Of a stretch of DNA of 64,000 bases, positions 1 through 10,004 are shown piece by piece; positions within the stretch are counted from its first letter, which is position 1, and each line of letters starts with the position of its first letter. The stretch spans positions 178,797 through 242,796 of the forward strand of contig JBBIHH010000001.1 of assembly GCA_037447115.1 (NCBI GenBank). The letters are read 5' to 3'. The translations under genes were made by a program, and so were the position numbers. This stretch comes from Acidobacteriota bacterium. GTDB taxonomy: Bacteria; Acidobacteriota; Polarisedimenticolia; Polarisedimenticolales; JBBIHH01. The notes below the pieces were generated by a model. It saw only the letters and a program-made list of their open reading frames with translations. It ran no database searches and was not told where the DNA came from.

Positions 1-1162
1 TCGCTCGTCTCCTCGGACCCGGGGGGCGCGGATGGTTCGCGGTCGCCGGCACCATAGCAGCGCTCGGCGTCCAGTTCGGCAATCTGGGCCTGCACAGCGC
101 GAACACCTATGCCGTGGCGCGCCATCCGCAGCGTCTGGGGGCTTTGCTGGGCGACTCGCTCGTCCTAGGCCTGGGACTCGGCGGAGCCCTCGCCCTCGGG
201 GGGCGCTGGGCCTGCCAGCTCGAGCTTGGGATGGTGCCCTCTCGACGGCGTGCTGCTCGGCCTCGCGCTGGCGGCGATTCCTCTGAGCCTGACCTACCTT
301 CTGGCCCTGAACCTCTTGCTCGGCATCCAGGCCGTGCGGGCGTACAACCGCGTGGAGCTCGGCAGCCGTTTGCTGGGCCTGGCTCTGCTGTCGGGACTGG
401 TGCTCTGCGGACGAACGGAGCCGACCTGGGTCTTCGCCGCCACGCTCGTGGGCGCGGCGTGCAACCTGGCTTGGGCGTTGTGGACGCTGTCGAAGCACCT
501 GGACCGGTTCCTCACCCTGTCCTAGAGGCTGTGGAGCGCCTGCGCGCGCTACGGATGGCGGTGGTACCTCGCCTGCCTCTTTTTCGTTCCTGGTCGTGCG
601 CTTCGACTTGCTGATGGTGCAGAAGCTTCGCGGCGCCGAGGCCGCCGGGCACTATTCCATCGCGGTCCCTATGGCCGACATGCTCTACCTGCTGCCCGCC
701 ACGGTGGGCGCGATTCTCTTCCCGAAGCTCGCGGTCATGCCCCCGGAGAACGCTGGGGCTACCACGCGCCGCACGGCCTGGGGAGTCGCCTGCCTGATGG
801 TCCCGCTGGCGAGCGGGGCGATCCTGCTCGCGAGGCCGGCCATCGCGCTCGTCTTCGGGGAGCCCTTCGCGCCGGCCGCCCCCGCCTTTATGGTACTGGT
901 GCTAGGGACGGTCGCTCTGGGAGTGACGACGATCTTCTCGCAGCACCTCGCGGCCCTCGGTTTCCCATGGTTCTGCGTCGGTGCGTGGCTGGCCGCGGCG
1001 GCGGCGAACGTAGCCCTGAACCTGTGGTGGATCCCGCGCTACGGCATCGCCGGCGCGGCCTGGGCCTCTCTCGTCTGCTACCTCGGGGCGGGACTCGCTT
1101 TGGGCCTCTACGCCTACCTTCGCCGGCGGGAAGCGAGCCTCACGGGCGCGTCGGGGCTGTAG
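1..1162 (+). pseudogene. MOP/Wzx-type polysaccharide flippase, 5' end off-window, disrupted by two frame changes and an in-frame TAG
   Basis: Consecutive flippase-like pieces lie in three frames. Frame 3 (3 to about 230) reads ..GVQFGNLGLHSANTYAVARHPQRLGALLGDSLVLGLGLGG... Frame 1 (226-525) reads ..LLGLALAAIPLSLTYLLALN.., then TAG 523-525, then RLWSACARYGWRWYLA. Frame 2 (596-1162) reads VVRFDLLMVQKLRGAEAAGHYSIAVPMADMLYLLP.. with multiple TM segments. The second frame change coincides with the T5 run at 580-584; removing one T gives ..YLACLFSFLVVRFDLL... Confidence 0.55.
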
Positions 1163-2141
1163 TTTTCGCCCCGAACGCGGAATACTGCGCTCGCAGGACA
1201 CCACGCCTGCCCTGCAGCAACCCGTTCCACGGAGGGATGACGACCGAAAGGTCGCCGTGAACCACGCACTGGCAGGCGAGCCGCACCGGGGGATGGGGCT
1301 CTGCCGGGTCGACCCTGTGGACATACCCGAAGTGCTCCAGTTGCCGCGCTTCGTAGGTCTCGATGGGAGAGACTCGCTCGCGGCCCCCGAGGATTCCGAT
1401 CCAGCACGTACCGCACTGGCCGCTGCGGCACTGCACGGGGATAGGGCCCTCGACGCGTCGCGGGTCGAGGTCGCGGTACGCGCGCCGGTCTTGCGCGGCA
1501 GCCATGGTCAGATTCTGGCCCTCGAGGGCCGGGAAACTCCGCCGTCCAGGCTCGCTCTCGTCCCAGACGACGCGATGCCGGCGCGCAAGCAGGCTCCAGA
1601 ACCGTCGCCCACCTCGCCGCATTCGCAACACCTCCTGGGGGCTACCGTAGCGGCTCAGGCGGGCGGGAACTCGCCGCGGCTCGGCCAGCCGCTCCAGCCC
1701 CACTTGCTGTGCGGCGACGACCGCCGCGAGGGACACGCCCACGACGAGGTCTTCCGCCAAGCGGGCCTCCCGCGCGACTGCCGCAGCGATCTCTCGGGCG
1801 GACGCTGCGGGCGAGCGCCCTTCCTGCTTCAGGACGCGTAGGGCGTGTCGGCGGACCGCGTCCCAGTACCGGGCGCCGTAAAAGAAACCCAGGCTCTCTT
1901 CGAGCGCCTGCTCCAGGCGGTATTGTCCCTCGAGCTTGAAGCGGCGCGCGACCTCCCCCGGCTCGCGCGCAGCGCGCAGCTCCATCTGGAGCTTCGCCGG
2001 CCAGAAGGCGAGCCAGACACGCGTCGCCTCCCGGTCCACGGGATGGATCCCGGGGCCGAGCTCGGCCAGCGCCTGCTCCCACGCCTCCTCGCGAGCATCC
2101 TCCGCAGCGATCCGCAGCTGCAGCGTCTGCGATGCGTCCAT
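1140..2141 (-). CDS. 2Fe-2S ferredoxin-domain protein with an N-terminal domain of unknown function
   Basis: The C-terminal part of the 505-aa ORF is the real gene. ATG at 2141-2139 is preceded by GGAGGGGGAT. A plant-type 2Fe-2S motif CRSGQCGTCW ... LACQC is present. The upstream part of the long ORF overlaps the methyltransferase gene out of frame and is Arg/Ser-rich junk. Confidence 0.75.
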   Translation of the reverse strand: MDASQTLQLRIAAEDAREEAWEQALAELGPGIHPVDREATRVWLAFWPAKLQMELRAAREPGEVARRFKLEGQYRLEQALEESLGFFYGARYWDAVRRHALRVLKQEGRSPAASAREIAAAVAREARLAEDLVVGVSLAAVVAAQQVGLERLAEPRRVPARLSRYGSPQEVLRMRRGGRRFWSLLARRHRVVWDESEPGRRSFPALEGQNLTMAAAQDRRAYRDLDPRRVEGPIPVQCRSGQCGTCWIGILGGRERVSPIETYEARQLEHFGYVHRVDPAEPHPPVRLACQCVVHGDLSVVIPPWNGLLQGRRGVLRAQYSAFGAKTTAPTRP

Positions 2142-2229
2142 ATCCCCCTCCGCACCCCGGAGTCGGCTCGACCGCGATGCACGCCGCCGAAGCGGTCCCC
2201 GCGCGCGGTGGCGCCGCAAGCTCACCCGC

Positions 2230-3051
2230 TCAAAGCAGCGCCACGAGGTAGACGACCCACGACTCGGAGTTCTCGAAGCGCACGCGGCGGCGGTAGATCC
2301 CGTTGCCCTCTCCTGTCTCCTCGTCCCAGCCCTCGGCGTACACCTCGGTTCGGCGAAAGCCCGCTTCCCGGCACAGCTCGCGCAGCTCCGGCAACGTCCA
2401 CAGCCTCCAGTCGTAGCGGAAGGCCCGCTCCATGCGCGTTCCATCGGGAAGCTCGAAATGGATGTAGCACACCATTTCGTGGGTGATGGGGTTGAAGCGG
2501 GCCTGCTCCCATTCGTAGACGAACGAAGGTATCCGCTTTTGGTCCCAGTCCCGCGACGCCGCGATGCGCTTGCGATCCCGAGCCTCGGCCATCGTCTCCG
2601 TGCCGCCCCAAGCGTCGAGGAAAAGGATCCCCCCGCGACGCAACCCTTCCCGCGCACGGAGCAGATACCGCAAAAGCGTCCGGCGCTCCTTGAACACCGA
2701 ATAGGAAAAATTGAGCGCGGCGATCACGTCCACCCGCGGACCGCGGTACCGCAGTACGTCGGCGCAACGCAGGTGCACGCGTCGCGCCGCGCGACCGAGG
2801 TGGACCCTGCGGTGGCGGCGGCCCCATTCGAGGGTCGGCCGGTGCCGATCCAGAGCCCACGCCTCGTGGTCCCGCCCTCGCTGCACCCAGCGGCAGGCCA
2901 GCGCCGCGGTGCCGCAAAAATCCTCGCGCAGCAGGCGGAAGCGCCGTCCGCGGTGGCGGCGGTAGATGCGCTCGAAGAAATCCAGGTCGCAGTCCGGGCT
3001 CTGGACCGCCGCCTCGTAAAGCACGTGCCGATGGAGCTGGGGGCGTCCCAT
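2230..3051 (-). CDS. class I SAM-dependent methyltransferase
   Basis: 273-aa ORF with a methyltransferase-like core (..LLREDFCGTAALACRWV.., ..GGILFLDAWGG..) and a non-repetitive composition. Confidence 0.8.
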   Translation of the reverse strand: MGRPQLHRHVLYEAAVQSPDCDLDFFERIYRRHRGRRFRLLREDFCGTAALACRWVQRGRDHEAWALDRHRPTLEWGRRHRRVHLGRAARRVHLRCADVLRYRGPRVDVIAALNFSYSVFKERRTLLRYLLRAREGLRRGGILFLDAWGGTETMAEARDRKRIAASRDWDQKRIPSFVYEWEQARFNPITHEMVCYIHFELPDGTRMERAFRYDWRLWTLPELRELCREAGFRRTEVYAEGWDEETGEGNGIYRRRVRFENSESWVVYLVALL

Positions 3052-3165
3052 CCCCTACCACCTCCCCACGCGAAAGGGCGCACACGATAGCGAAGGGCGG
3101 GGGGCGTTTCCACGACACGCGCCGCTCCTCCAGCGCAGCGCGGCGAGGTCTGCTACGATCCCGCC

Positions 3166-3735
3166 ATGGCCGATGCACGGCGCCCGGACCGCTCCCTGGC
3201 TCAGCTCGTGATCGGCCTCGCTTTCGGTTTGCTCGTGGGCTTCGGCATCTACCGGGCCACGGCGGAGCGCCTGCCGCCCGCGCCAGCGGCGAGCCCCCAG
3301 GGTTCGGCCTTCCAGACCCTGATGCAGGAGCTCGAGCCGCTGCGCGAGCGCCTGGAACGCGACCCCAACGATGCCGAGGCGCGCATCCGCATCGGCGATC
3401 GGCTGTTTCAGGCAGGGTTGTGGTCCCAGGCGCTCGAGTTCTACGAGCAGGCCCGGCGCAGCCGCCCCGCCGACCCCGATCTGCTGACGGTCATCGGCCT
3501 TTGCCAGCGGGAGCTCGGGCTTCTCGAAGCGGCTCGGGAGAGCTTCAGCCGGGCGCTGGAGCTCGCGCCCGATCACTGGGCGGCGCGTTACAACACGGCG
3601 GTCGTGCACCTCGATCGCGGTGAGCTGGAGCAGGCGGAGGCGCTCGTGCAGGCCCTGGAGTCCGCGAGCCCGGGCGACGCGCGCCTGGAACCGCTCCGGC
3701 GCGCGCTCGCGCAGGCCCGCGCGCAACGCCCTTAA
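3166..3735 (+). CDS. membrane-anchored TPR-repeat protein
   Basis: 189 aa with an N-terminal TM segment (LAQLVIGLAFGLLVGFGIY) followed by TPR-like repeats (..IGDRLFQAGLWSQALEFYEQA.., ..ESFSRALELAPDHWAARYNTAVVH..). Confidence 0.8.
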   Translation: MADARRPDRSLAQLVIGLAFGLLVGFGIYRATAERLPPAPAASPQGSAFQTLMQELEPLRERLERDPNDAEARIRIGDRLFQAGLWSQALEFYEQARRSRPADPDLLTVIGLCQRELGLLEAARESFSRALELAPDHWAARYNTAVVHLDRGELEQAEALVQALESASPGDARLEPLRRALAQARAQRP

Positions 3736-4427
3736 TCCCGGGTAGGGAGCACGGCGAGAAACTGCGTAGCCTCGGCCGGCAAGCGCGGCACGCGGTGCGC
3801 GAACAGGATCGCCTCCGGCGACACGGCCGCGCCATAGAAGCCCCGAATCGCCTTCTCCGCGGCGTTGAGGCGTGCACCCTCGATCGACAGGCCCGCGAAC
3901 AACCCCCTGGACTTGGCGTAGGCGTAGATCTCGGCGTCGAGCTTGATGTCCGTCGAGCCCTCGGCGCTTCGCCCCACCGGCCCGGCGGCGGCTGCGGCCG
4001 CACCGCCCAGGGTGAACTCGCTCTGCACCAAGGACCGGGCGCCCTTCTCCCCCATGATGAACAAGACGAGGTCGGTACGATCCACACCGATCTGCAGGCC
4101 GAAGCTCCCGCCCGAGATGTTGACGAAGGACGGGGGGCTCCACCGCCCGGCGTCGTCGCGGCAGGAGACGATGCCGCGCCCGTGTCTTCCGCCCCAACCG
4201 AGCGCGGCCTTGATCACCCCCGGGATCACCACGATGCAGCGGCACCGGCGCAGCAAGGCGCGGGGCATCTCGTCATCGGGCATCGCCAGCAGCTCCTCGA
4301 CGACTCGTCTCGCCCGCACGAGCCGTTCGCCGTATTTCTCGCCCTTCCCCTCGGCCCGAGCCCAGGCGAAGCTCGCGGCCAGTGCGATACCCAATCCCGC
4401 CGCAGCGAGGAAGCGACATCGTTTCAC
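3732..4427 (-). CDS. SYLF/Ysc84 (DUF500) lipid-binding domain protein, secreted
   Basis: GTG 4427-4425 is preceded by AGGAGG. A signal peptide [23 protein letters not shown] is present. The core ..GGSFGLQIGVDRTDLVLFIM.. ..FTLGGAAAAAAGPVGR.. is typical of SYLF. The start overlaps the upstream stop (GTGA). Confidence 0.8.
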   Translation of the reverse strand: MKRCRFLAAAGLGIALAASFAWARAEGKGEKYGERLVRARRVVEELLAMPDDEMPRALLRRCRCIVVIPGVIKAALGWGGRHGRGIVSCRDDAGRWSPPSFVNISGGSFGLQIGVDRTDLVLFIMGEKGARSLVQSEFTLGGAAAAAAGPVGRSAEGSTDIKLDAEIYAYAKSRGLFAGLSIEGARLNAAEKAIRGFYGAAVSPEAILFAHRVPRLPAEATQFLAVLPTRD

Positions 4428-4882
4428 GGCTTGCCCTCCTGCTCGCGTCCGCGCACCGGACGAGCCCATCCTGCCCAGGCTAGCACGACGGCGGTCACGC
4501 ACGTCAGCGCCACGAAGCCCCAGGTCCCGTGGCGGATGGCGATGCGCCCTCCCCAGGGCAGCTCGACGGCCCGCGGCGAGCCCCACAGCGCCACCGGCAG
4601 CAGGCCCACCGCCCGTACCGCCACCACGACCGCCAGCACCCGCACGAAAGCGAGATAGAGCCCGCCCCGCGTACCCCGCGCGATGAGCCAGGGGAAAAGC
4701 ACGAGGAAGATCGCCCCCAGCACGAACCACAGGAAGCTCGGCGCGCGCGTGTCCATCCCGCGCGGTCCCAGGCCTTGCCGGACGAGGTGAACCGCGCCTG
4801 CGAGATAGAGGATGCCGTAGAGGAAATAGACCGCCGCCGCGATGCGGAAGCGCTGCGCGGCTCGGGTCCCGGAAAGCCTCAC
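4424..4882 (-). CDS. small multi-pass membrane protein, unknown function
   Basis: 152 aa with four hydrophobic segments. GTG 4882-4880 overlaps the hemF stop (GTGA), and its own stop overlaps the SYLF start, which implies a translationally coupled operon. Confidence 0.6.
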   Translation of the reverse strand: MRLSGTRAAQRFRIAAAVYFLYGILYLAGAVHLVRQGLGPRGMDTRAPSFLWFVLGAIFLVLFPWLIARGTRGGLYLAFVRVLAVVVAVRAVGLLPVALWGSPRAVELPWGGRIAIRHGTWGFVALTCVTAVVLAWAGWARPVRGREQEGKP

Positions 4883-5790
4883 ACCCAGTCTCGCGGTTGG
4901 AGAAACTCTCCCAGCCGCGCCTCCGCCGTGCCGGGCGCCGGCTGCCAGTCGTAGTGCCATCGCACCTCGGGCGGCAGGGAGGCGAGGATGGATTCCACCC
5001 GGCCGCCCGTTTGCAGGCCGAAGCGCGTTCCGCGGTCGTAGAGCAGGTTGAACTCCACGTAGCGCCCGCGCCGGTAGAGCAAGAAGTTCCGCTCCCTCGC
5101 CCCGTAGGGAGCGCTCTTGCGCCGCTGCACGATCGGCAGATACGCGGGCAGGAAGCGATCGCCGACGCCGCGGACGAACTCGAAGCACCGGGCGAAGCCC
5201 CACCAGTCGAGATCGTCGAAAAACAACCCCCCCACCCCCCGCGCCTCGCGCCGGTGAGGCAGATAGAAATAGCGGTCGCACCACTCCTTGAGGCGGCGGT
5301 AGAGATCCTCCCCGAAAGGGGCGCAGGCCTCCAGGCACACGCGGTGCCAGTGGCGGACGTCCTCCTCGAAGGGATAGACGGGCGTGAGGTCCATTCCCCC
5401 TCCGAACCACCAGGCCTGCGGCCCCCCGGAGCTATCTCGGGCGACAAAAAAGCGAAGGTTGGCGTGGGAGGTAGGCACGTAGGGGTTGCGCGGATGGATG
5501 ATCACCGAAAGCCCGACCGCCTCGAAGCGGCAGCCCGCGAGCTCTGGACGCCGCTCGGTGGCCGGCTGGGGAAGCCGCTCGCCTTGCACCCGCGAGAAGT
5601 TGACGGCAGCGCGCTCGAAGACTTCTCCGTCCGCGAGCACGCAGGTCAGCCCGCCGCTGTCCTGCGCCGCCCAAGGGTCTCGCCGGAGGATGCCCGCTCC
5701 GGGAGCCTCCTCCCCCTGAAGGGCCGCCAGGATCCGCTTCTGCAACCCCCGGAGAAAACGCTCCACGGGAGCCGCTCGAGGGGCGTCCAT
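4879..5790 (-). CDS. hemF: oxygen-dependent coproporphyrinogen III oxidase
   Basis: 303 aa with the motifs ..[19 protein letters not shown].., ..[20 protein letters not shown].., ..[26 protein letters not shown]... A GGAGGG SD precedes ATG 5790. Confidence 0.95.
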   Translation of the reverse strand: MDAPRAAPVERFLRGLQKRILAALQGEEAPGAGILRRDPWAAQDSGGLTCVLADGEVFERAAVNFSRVQGERLPQPATERRPELAGCRFEAVGLSVIIHPRNPYVPTSHANLRFFVARDSSGGPQAWWFGGGMDLTPVYPFEEDVRHWHRVCLEACAPFGEDLYRRLKEWCDRYFYLPHRREARGVGGLFFDDLDWWGFARCFEFVRGVGDRFLPAYLPIVQRRKSAPYGARERNFLLYRRGRYVEFNLLYDRGTRFGLQTGGRVESILASLPPEVRWHYDWQPAPGTAEARLGEFLQPRDWV

Positions 5791-5894
5791 CCCGTCCCTC
5801 CCCGCCTCCGCAGGACTGCAGTATAAGGGACACGAATTCTCGGTTGGGATAGACTAGCCGCCGACAGAGGCTTCCGGAATTCAGGGAGGTGATC

Positions 5895-6734
5895 ATGGCA
5901 TCCTACGCGCACCCAGAGGTTTTGGTCTCGACGGACTGGGTGTCCGAGCATCTGCGCGATCGGGAGGTCCGCCTCGTGGAGGTGGACGTGGACACGGCGG
6001 CCTACGACGAGGGCCACATTCCTGGCGCGGTGGCCTGGTCCTGGAAGGACCAGCTCTGCGACACCGTGCGGCGCGACATCGCGCCCAAGGAGCAGATGGA
6101 ACGGCTCCTGGGGGAGTCGGGCATCGGGAACGATACGACGATCGTCCTTTACGGCGACAACAACAACTGGTTCGCCTGCTGGGCGTTCTGGCAGCTCAAG
6201 ATCTACGGGCACGAGGACGCGCGGGTGATGAACGGCGGTCGCAAAAAGTGGCTCGCCGAGGGCCGCGAGCTGACGCGCGAGGTTCCGCACTACCCGCCGC
6301 GGACCTACAGGGCCAAGGATCCGGACTTTTCCCTGCGGGCCTTCCTGCCGGACGTGCAGCGCGTGGTCGAGCGGGGCGGGGCCGACCTGATCGACGTCCG
6401 CAGCCCGCAGGAATTCACGGGCGAGATCCTCGCCCCGCCGGGGCTTCCGGAGACCTGCCAGCGCGGCGGCCACATTCCGGGGGCGTACAACGTGACCTGG
6501 TCGCTCAACTGCAACGAGGACGGCACGTTCAAGAGCCCCGAGGCTCTGCGCGAGCTCTACGGGAGGCTGGGGGTGGACGGCTCCAGGCCCGTGATCGCTT
6601 ACTGCCGCATCGGGGAGCGCTCGAGCCTGACGTGGTTCACGCTCAAGTACCTGCTCGGCTACCGCGACGTCCGCAACTACGACGGCAGCTGGACCGAGTG
6701 GGGCAACCTGGTCCGCGCCCCCGTCGAACGATGA
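5895..6734 (+). CDS. two-domain rhodanese, thiosulfate sulfurtransferase type (active-site loop CRIGERS)
   Basis: GGGAGG lies 5 nt before ATG 5895. The sequence reads ..EGHIPGAVAW.., ..GGHIPGAYNV.., ..VIAYCRIGERSSLTWF.., ..YDGSWTEWG... Confidence 0.9.
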   Translation: MASYAHPEVLVSTDWVSEHLRDREVRLVEVDVDTAAYDEGHIPGAVAWSWKDQLCDTVRRDIAPKEQMERLLGESGIGNDTTIVLYGDNNNWFACWAFWQLKIYGHEDARVMNGGRKKWLAEGRELTREVPHYPPRTYRAKDPDFSLRAFLPDVQRVVERGGADLIDVRSPQEFTGEILAPPGLPETCQRGGHIPGAYNVTWSLNCNEDGTFKSPEALRELYGRLGVDGSRPVIAYCRIGERSSLTWFTLKYLLGYRDVRNYDGSWTEWGNLVRAPVER

Positions 6735-6949
6735 AGCCCGAAGCGTACCGCGAGTCGCGCCGGGAACTCGCGGGCTGGCCGGTGCGCGTGACGAGCTACC
6801 GTCTCGGGGAGCGATACCTGGCCCGGGTGGACAACGTCGAGCCAGGAGCCACGATCGCCCGGGCCGAGGGGCCGACGCGCGAGCAGGCGGAGGCGGAGGC
6901 GTGTGCGGAGGCCGAGCGCCGGCTGGCCAGGACGAGGCGACGGCCCTAG
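6731..6949 (+). CDS. small hypothetical protein translationally coupled to the rhodanese
   Basis: 72 aa. Its ATG overlaps the rhodanese stop (ATGA). I recognise no family. Confidence 0.45.
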   Translation: MKPEAYRESRRELAGWPVRVTSYRLGERYLARVDNVEPGATIARAEGPTREQAEAEACAEAERRLARTRRRP

Positions 6950-6963
6950 CTCGCTAGCTCGCG

Positions 6964-8073
6964 CTAGCCGACGGCGCAGCGGTTGGGCCCCCCTTCGAGA
7001 TCGAGGGGATCCAGCGTCCCCGGCGCCAGGCGGCCCTCGTTGAGGGCGAGGATCGTCTCCACGTTGGGCGGCTTGGGACCCAGTGTCTCGAGCACGGTGT
7101 CCACGAACGCGTTCTCGTCGAGTCCCAGCAGCGGCAGCCTTGCCGCCACGTCCCTCATCGGCGCGGCGATGGGGACCCCGTCGAAATCGATCGGCGATCC
7201 GTGATGGCAGGGCAGGAGCAGGCAATGGCCGAACTCCCGCCGCAGGCGCTCCAGGCTGCGATAAAGCTCGCGCGCCGCCCCGGGCGCTCCCGCATCCCCC
7301 CGCTCGAGGTCGGGGCGGCCCACGCTGTCGACGAACAGCGTGTCGCCCGAGAACAGGAAGCCATCGAGGGCGTAGCACACGCTCTCTCCCGTATGGCCCG
7401 GCGTCGCCACGACGCGCAGCGCTCGTCCTCCGACCTCGATCCTGTCCCCCTCGGCGACTGCGACGTGGGGATAGGCGACGCGCTGGTTGCGAGGCAGAAC
7501 GAGCGCGGCGCCAGTGGCCGCGCAGAGCGCGCGTGCTCGCGAGACGTGATCGGCGTGCACGTGCGTTTCCACGACGCGCGCGAGGCGCAGCCCATGCTCC
7601 GCGAGCAGGCCCTCGTACACCGCCGGGTCCAACGCAGGATCCACGACGAGCGCTTGGCCCTCGCGCCCCACGATATAAGAGAGGCAGCCTTTACCATTGC
7701 GGCGCACCTGGAGCAGCACCCCCCCATCCCACTCCAGGCGCGCGACGCTCCAGGCAGCGCTCCAGGCGCGGATTCCGCCTCGCAGGCTGCGCACATCGAA
7801 GCCGCGCGCGGCCAGCAGGTCCGCCGCGCGGCGCGACATGATCCCCAGACGGCACACCGTCAGCACCGGCCGCTCCCGCGGCAGCTGCGCGAGGCGCGCC
7901 GCAGGCGCCTCGGTTTCGCCGGAACGAAGCGCCTCGTAGACGGGAAGGTTGAGGCTTCCCGGGATGTGCCAGAAGGCATATTCTTCGGCTTCGCGGATAT
8001 CCACGATCGTCAGGCGAGCGCCGGTCTCGAGCGCCGCCTTGAGCTCCTCGACGGTCATCTCGGGTGGGTTCAT
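6964..8073 (-). CDS. rhodanese-domain / MBL-fold metallo-hydrolase fusion (persulfide-dioxygenase-like)
   Basis: 369 aa. The N-terminal rhodanese reads ..FWHIPGSLNLP.. ..LTVCRLGIMSRRAA... The MBL motif reads ..VVETHVHADHVS.. ..ATPGHTGES... A GGAGGG SD is present. Confidence 0.9.
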   Translation of the reverse strand: MNPPEMTVEELKAALETGARLTIVDIREAEEYAFWHIPGSLNLPVYEALRSGETEAPAARLAQLPRERPVLTVCRLGIMSRRAADLLAARGFDVRSLRGGIRAWSAAWSVARLEWDGGVLLQVRRNGKGCLSYIVGREGQALVVDPALDPAVYEGLLAEHGLRLARVVETHVHADHVSRARALCAATGAALVLPRNQRVAYPHVAVAEGDRIEVGGRALRVVATPGHTGESVCYALDGFLFSGDTLFVDSVGRPDLERGDAGAPGAARELYRSLERLRREFGHCLLLPCHHGSPIDFDGVPIAAPMRDVAARLPLLGLDENAFVDTVLETLGPKPPNVETILALNEGRLAPGTLDPLDLEGGPNRCAVG

Positions 8074-8207
8074 CGCGGTCCCTCCGCCGCCATTGTACTG
8101 CCACGAACGGCCGCCGCGGCGGGCCGGCTTTCGCGTACCCGAAAGTCGGCTTTTGTCGTAGGATGTCCGGGCGGGGAGGCCCGGACCCCGGGGGGAGGTG
8201 TCCAGCG

Positions 8208-8762
8208 ATGCAGCGGCTCGCGGATTTGACCGTGGACCTCGAGCGGGTCGCGGCCCAGGAGGCCCGCATCGTCGCGCCCCGGGTGCAGCACCTGCTCGAA
8301 TCCTGGATCCGGACCGGGGTGCCAGCCCTGCCGCAGCGCTACCAGCGCACGCTGCCGGATACCTATGCGCGCCGGCTCCTGCACCGGGACCCGGGGGGCC
8401 GTTTCACGATGGTCCTCATGACCTGGGGGCCCGGCCAGGGCACCCCGCTCCACGACCACGCCGGAACCTGGTGCGTCGAGGCCGTGCTCCAGGGCGAGAT
8501 GGAAGTCACCCAGTACGATCTCGTCGAGCAGGACGGCTTGCGTTACCGGTTCGTGCAGCGCTCGGCGACGCGTGCCGGCGTGGGCACCTCGGGATGCCTC
8601 ATCCCCCCGTTCGAATACCACGTGCTGCGCAATGCGCTGCCCGAGGCCATCTCGATCACGCTGCATGTCTACGGGGGCGAGATGCTGCGCTGCGCCGCGT
8701 TCGTGCCCCAGGGCGAAGGCTGGTTTCTCCGCACCGAGCGCGCCCTGACCTATCACGACTGA
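8208..8762 (+). CDS. cysteine dioxygenase type I (cupin)
   Basis: ATG 8208 follows GGGGGGAGG. 184 aa with ..YARRLLHRDPGGRFTMVLMTWGPGQGTPLHDHAGTWCVEAVLQGEM.. and ..EYHVLRN.., resembling bacterial CDO. Confidence 0.8.
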   Translation: MQRLADLTVDLERVAAQEARIVAPRVQHLLESWIRTGVPALPQRYQRTLPDTYARRLLHRDPGGRFTMVLMTWGPGQGTPLHDHAGTWCVEAVLQGEMEVTQYDLVEQDGLRYRFVQRSATRAGVGTSGCLIPPFEYHVLRNALPEAISITLHVYGGEMLRCAAFVPQGEGWFLRTERALTYHD

Positions 8763-8783
8763 CACCCGCGAGGAGATCCGGCG

Positions 8784-9947
8784 ATGCTGCACGACGACGA
8801 CCGAGCCCTGCACGTCGACACCAAGCTGATTCACGCCGGAGAGTGGCGGCCGCGCATCGAAGGCGCGGTGGTCATGCCGATCTTCCAGTCCGCGAGCTTC
8901 CAAACGAGGGAGGCGGCGGACTACCACGACATCCATTACCTGCGGCTGAGCAACACGCCGAACCACGTCGTCCTTCACCGCAAGCTCGCGGCCCTCGAGG
9001 GCGCCGAGGCCGCCGTGGTCGCTGCGAGCGGCATGGCGGCGATCACCACGGCCCTGCTCAGCGTGCTGCGCCGCGGTGACCACCTGCTCGTGCAGCGCTG
9101 CCTCTACGGGGGCACCCACGCCTTCGTCACCCGGGACCTTCCCGAGCTCGGCATCGAGCACGACTGGATCGACGCGGGGGACCCGGCCTCTTGGGAGCGC
9201 CAACTACGACCCAACACCAGGGCGATCTACGTGGAGACGCTGACCAATCCCCTGCTCGAGCTGGGGGACCTGCCCGCCGTCGCCCGCTTCGCCCGCGCCC
9301 ACGGTCTGGTCTCGCTCGTGGACAATACCTTCGCCACGCCCCTCGGCTTTTGCCCGGCGGCTCACGGGTTCGACCTCTCGTTGCACAGCGCGACCAAGTA
9401 CCTCAACGGGCACAGCGACCTCGTGGCCGGGGCGGTCATCGGACGCGCGGAGCTGCTGGAGCGCATCAAACACCGGCTCGACCACCTCGGGGGCTGCCTC
9501 GACGCACACGCCTGCGCGCTGCTGCACCGGGGCCTGAAGACGCTTGCGCTGCGCGTGCGCCGGCAATGGGAGAACGCACAGCGCCTTGCCGAGTTCCTCG
9601 AGAGCCACCCGGCCGTGGCGCGCGTCCATTACCCGGGCCTGGAAAGCCACCCCCAGCACCGGCTGGCCCGAGAGCTGCTCCAGGGGTTCGGCGGCATGCT
9701 GAGCTTCGTCTTGCGGGACGGCCTCGAAGGCGCCAGGCGCCTCGTCGGACGCCTGCGGCTGGCGGTGTTCGCCCCGAGCCTGGGCGGGGTGGAGACACTG
9801 GTGACCCTGCCCGCGATGACCTCCCATGCGTCGCTTTCGCCGCAGGAGCGAGCTCGCGCCGGCATCGACGATGCGCTCGTGCGCGTCTCCGTCGGGATCG
9901 AGGCCCCGGAGGACCTGCTGGAGGACTTCAGGCAGGCGCTAGCCTGA
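8784..9947 (+). CDS. PLP-dependent Cys/Met-metabolism (trans-sulfuration) enzyme, cystathionine gamma-lyase/synthase family
   Basis: 387 aa with ..YLRLSNTPNH.., ..DNTFATPLG.. and ..HSATKYLNGHSDLVAG.. (the PLP lysine motif). Confidence 0.9.
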   Translation: MLHDDDRALHVDTKLIHAGEWRPRIEGAVVMPIFQSASFQTREAADYHDIHYLRLSNTPNHVVLHRKLAALEGAEAAVVAASGMAAITTALLSVLRRGDHLLVQRCLYGGTHAFVTRDLPELGIEHDWIDAGDPASWERQLRPNTRAIYVETLTNPLLELGDLPAVARFARAHGLVSLVDNTFATPLGFCPAAHGFDLSLHSATKYLNGHSDLVAGAVIGRAELLERIKHRLDHLGGCLDAHACALLHRGLKTLALRVRRQWENAQRLAEFLESHPAVARVHYPGLESHPQHRLARELLQGFGGMLSFVLRDGLEGARRLVGRLRLAVFAPSLGGVETLVTLPAMTSHASLSPQERARAGIDDALVRVSVGIEAPEDLLEDFRQALA

Positions 9948-10004
9948 CGCGATGTTGCCAGGGCGGGAAATCGGCGTACAACCGGGGTAAAAGGAGGGCC
10001 GATC

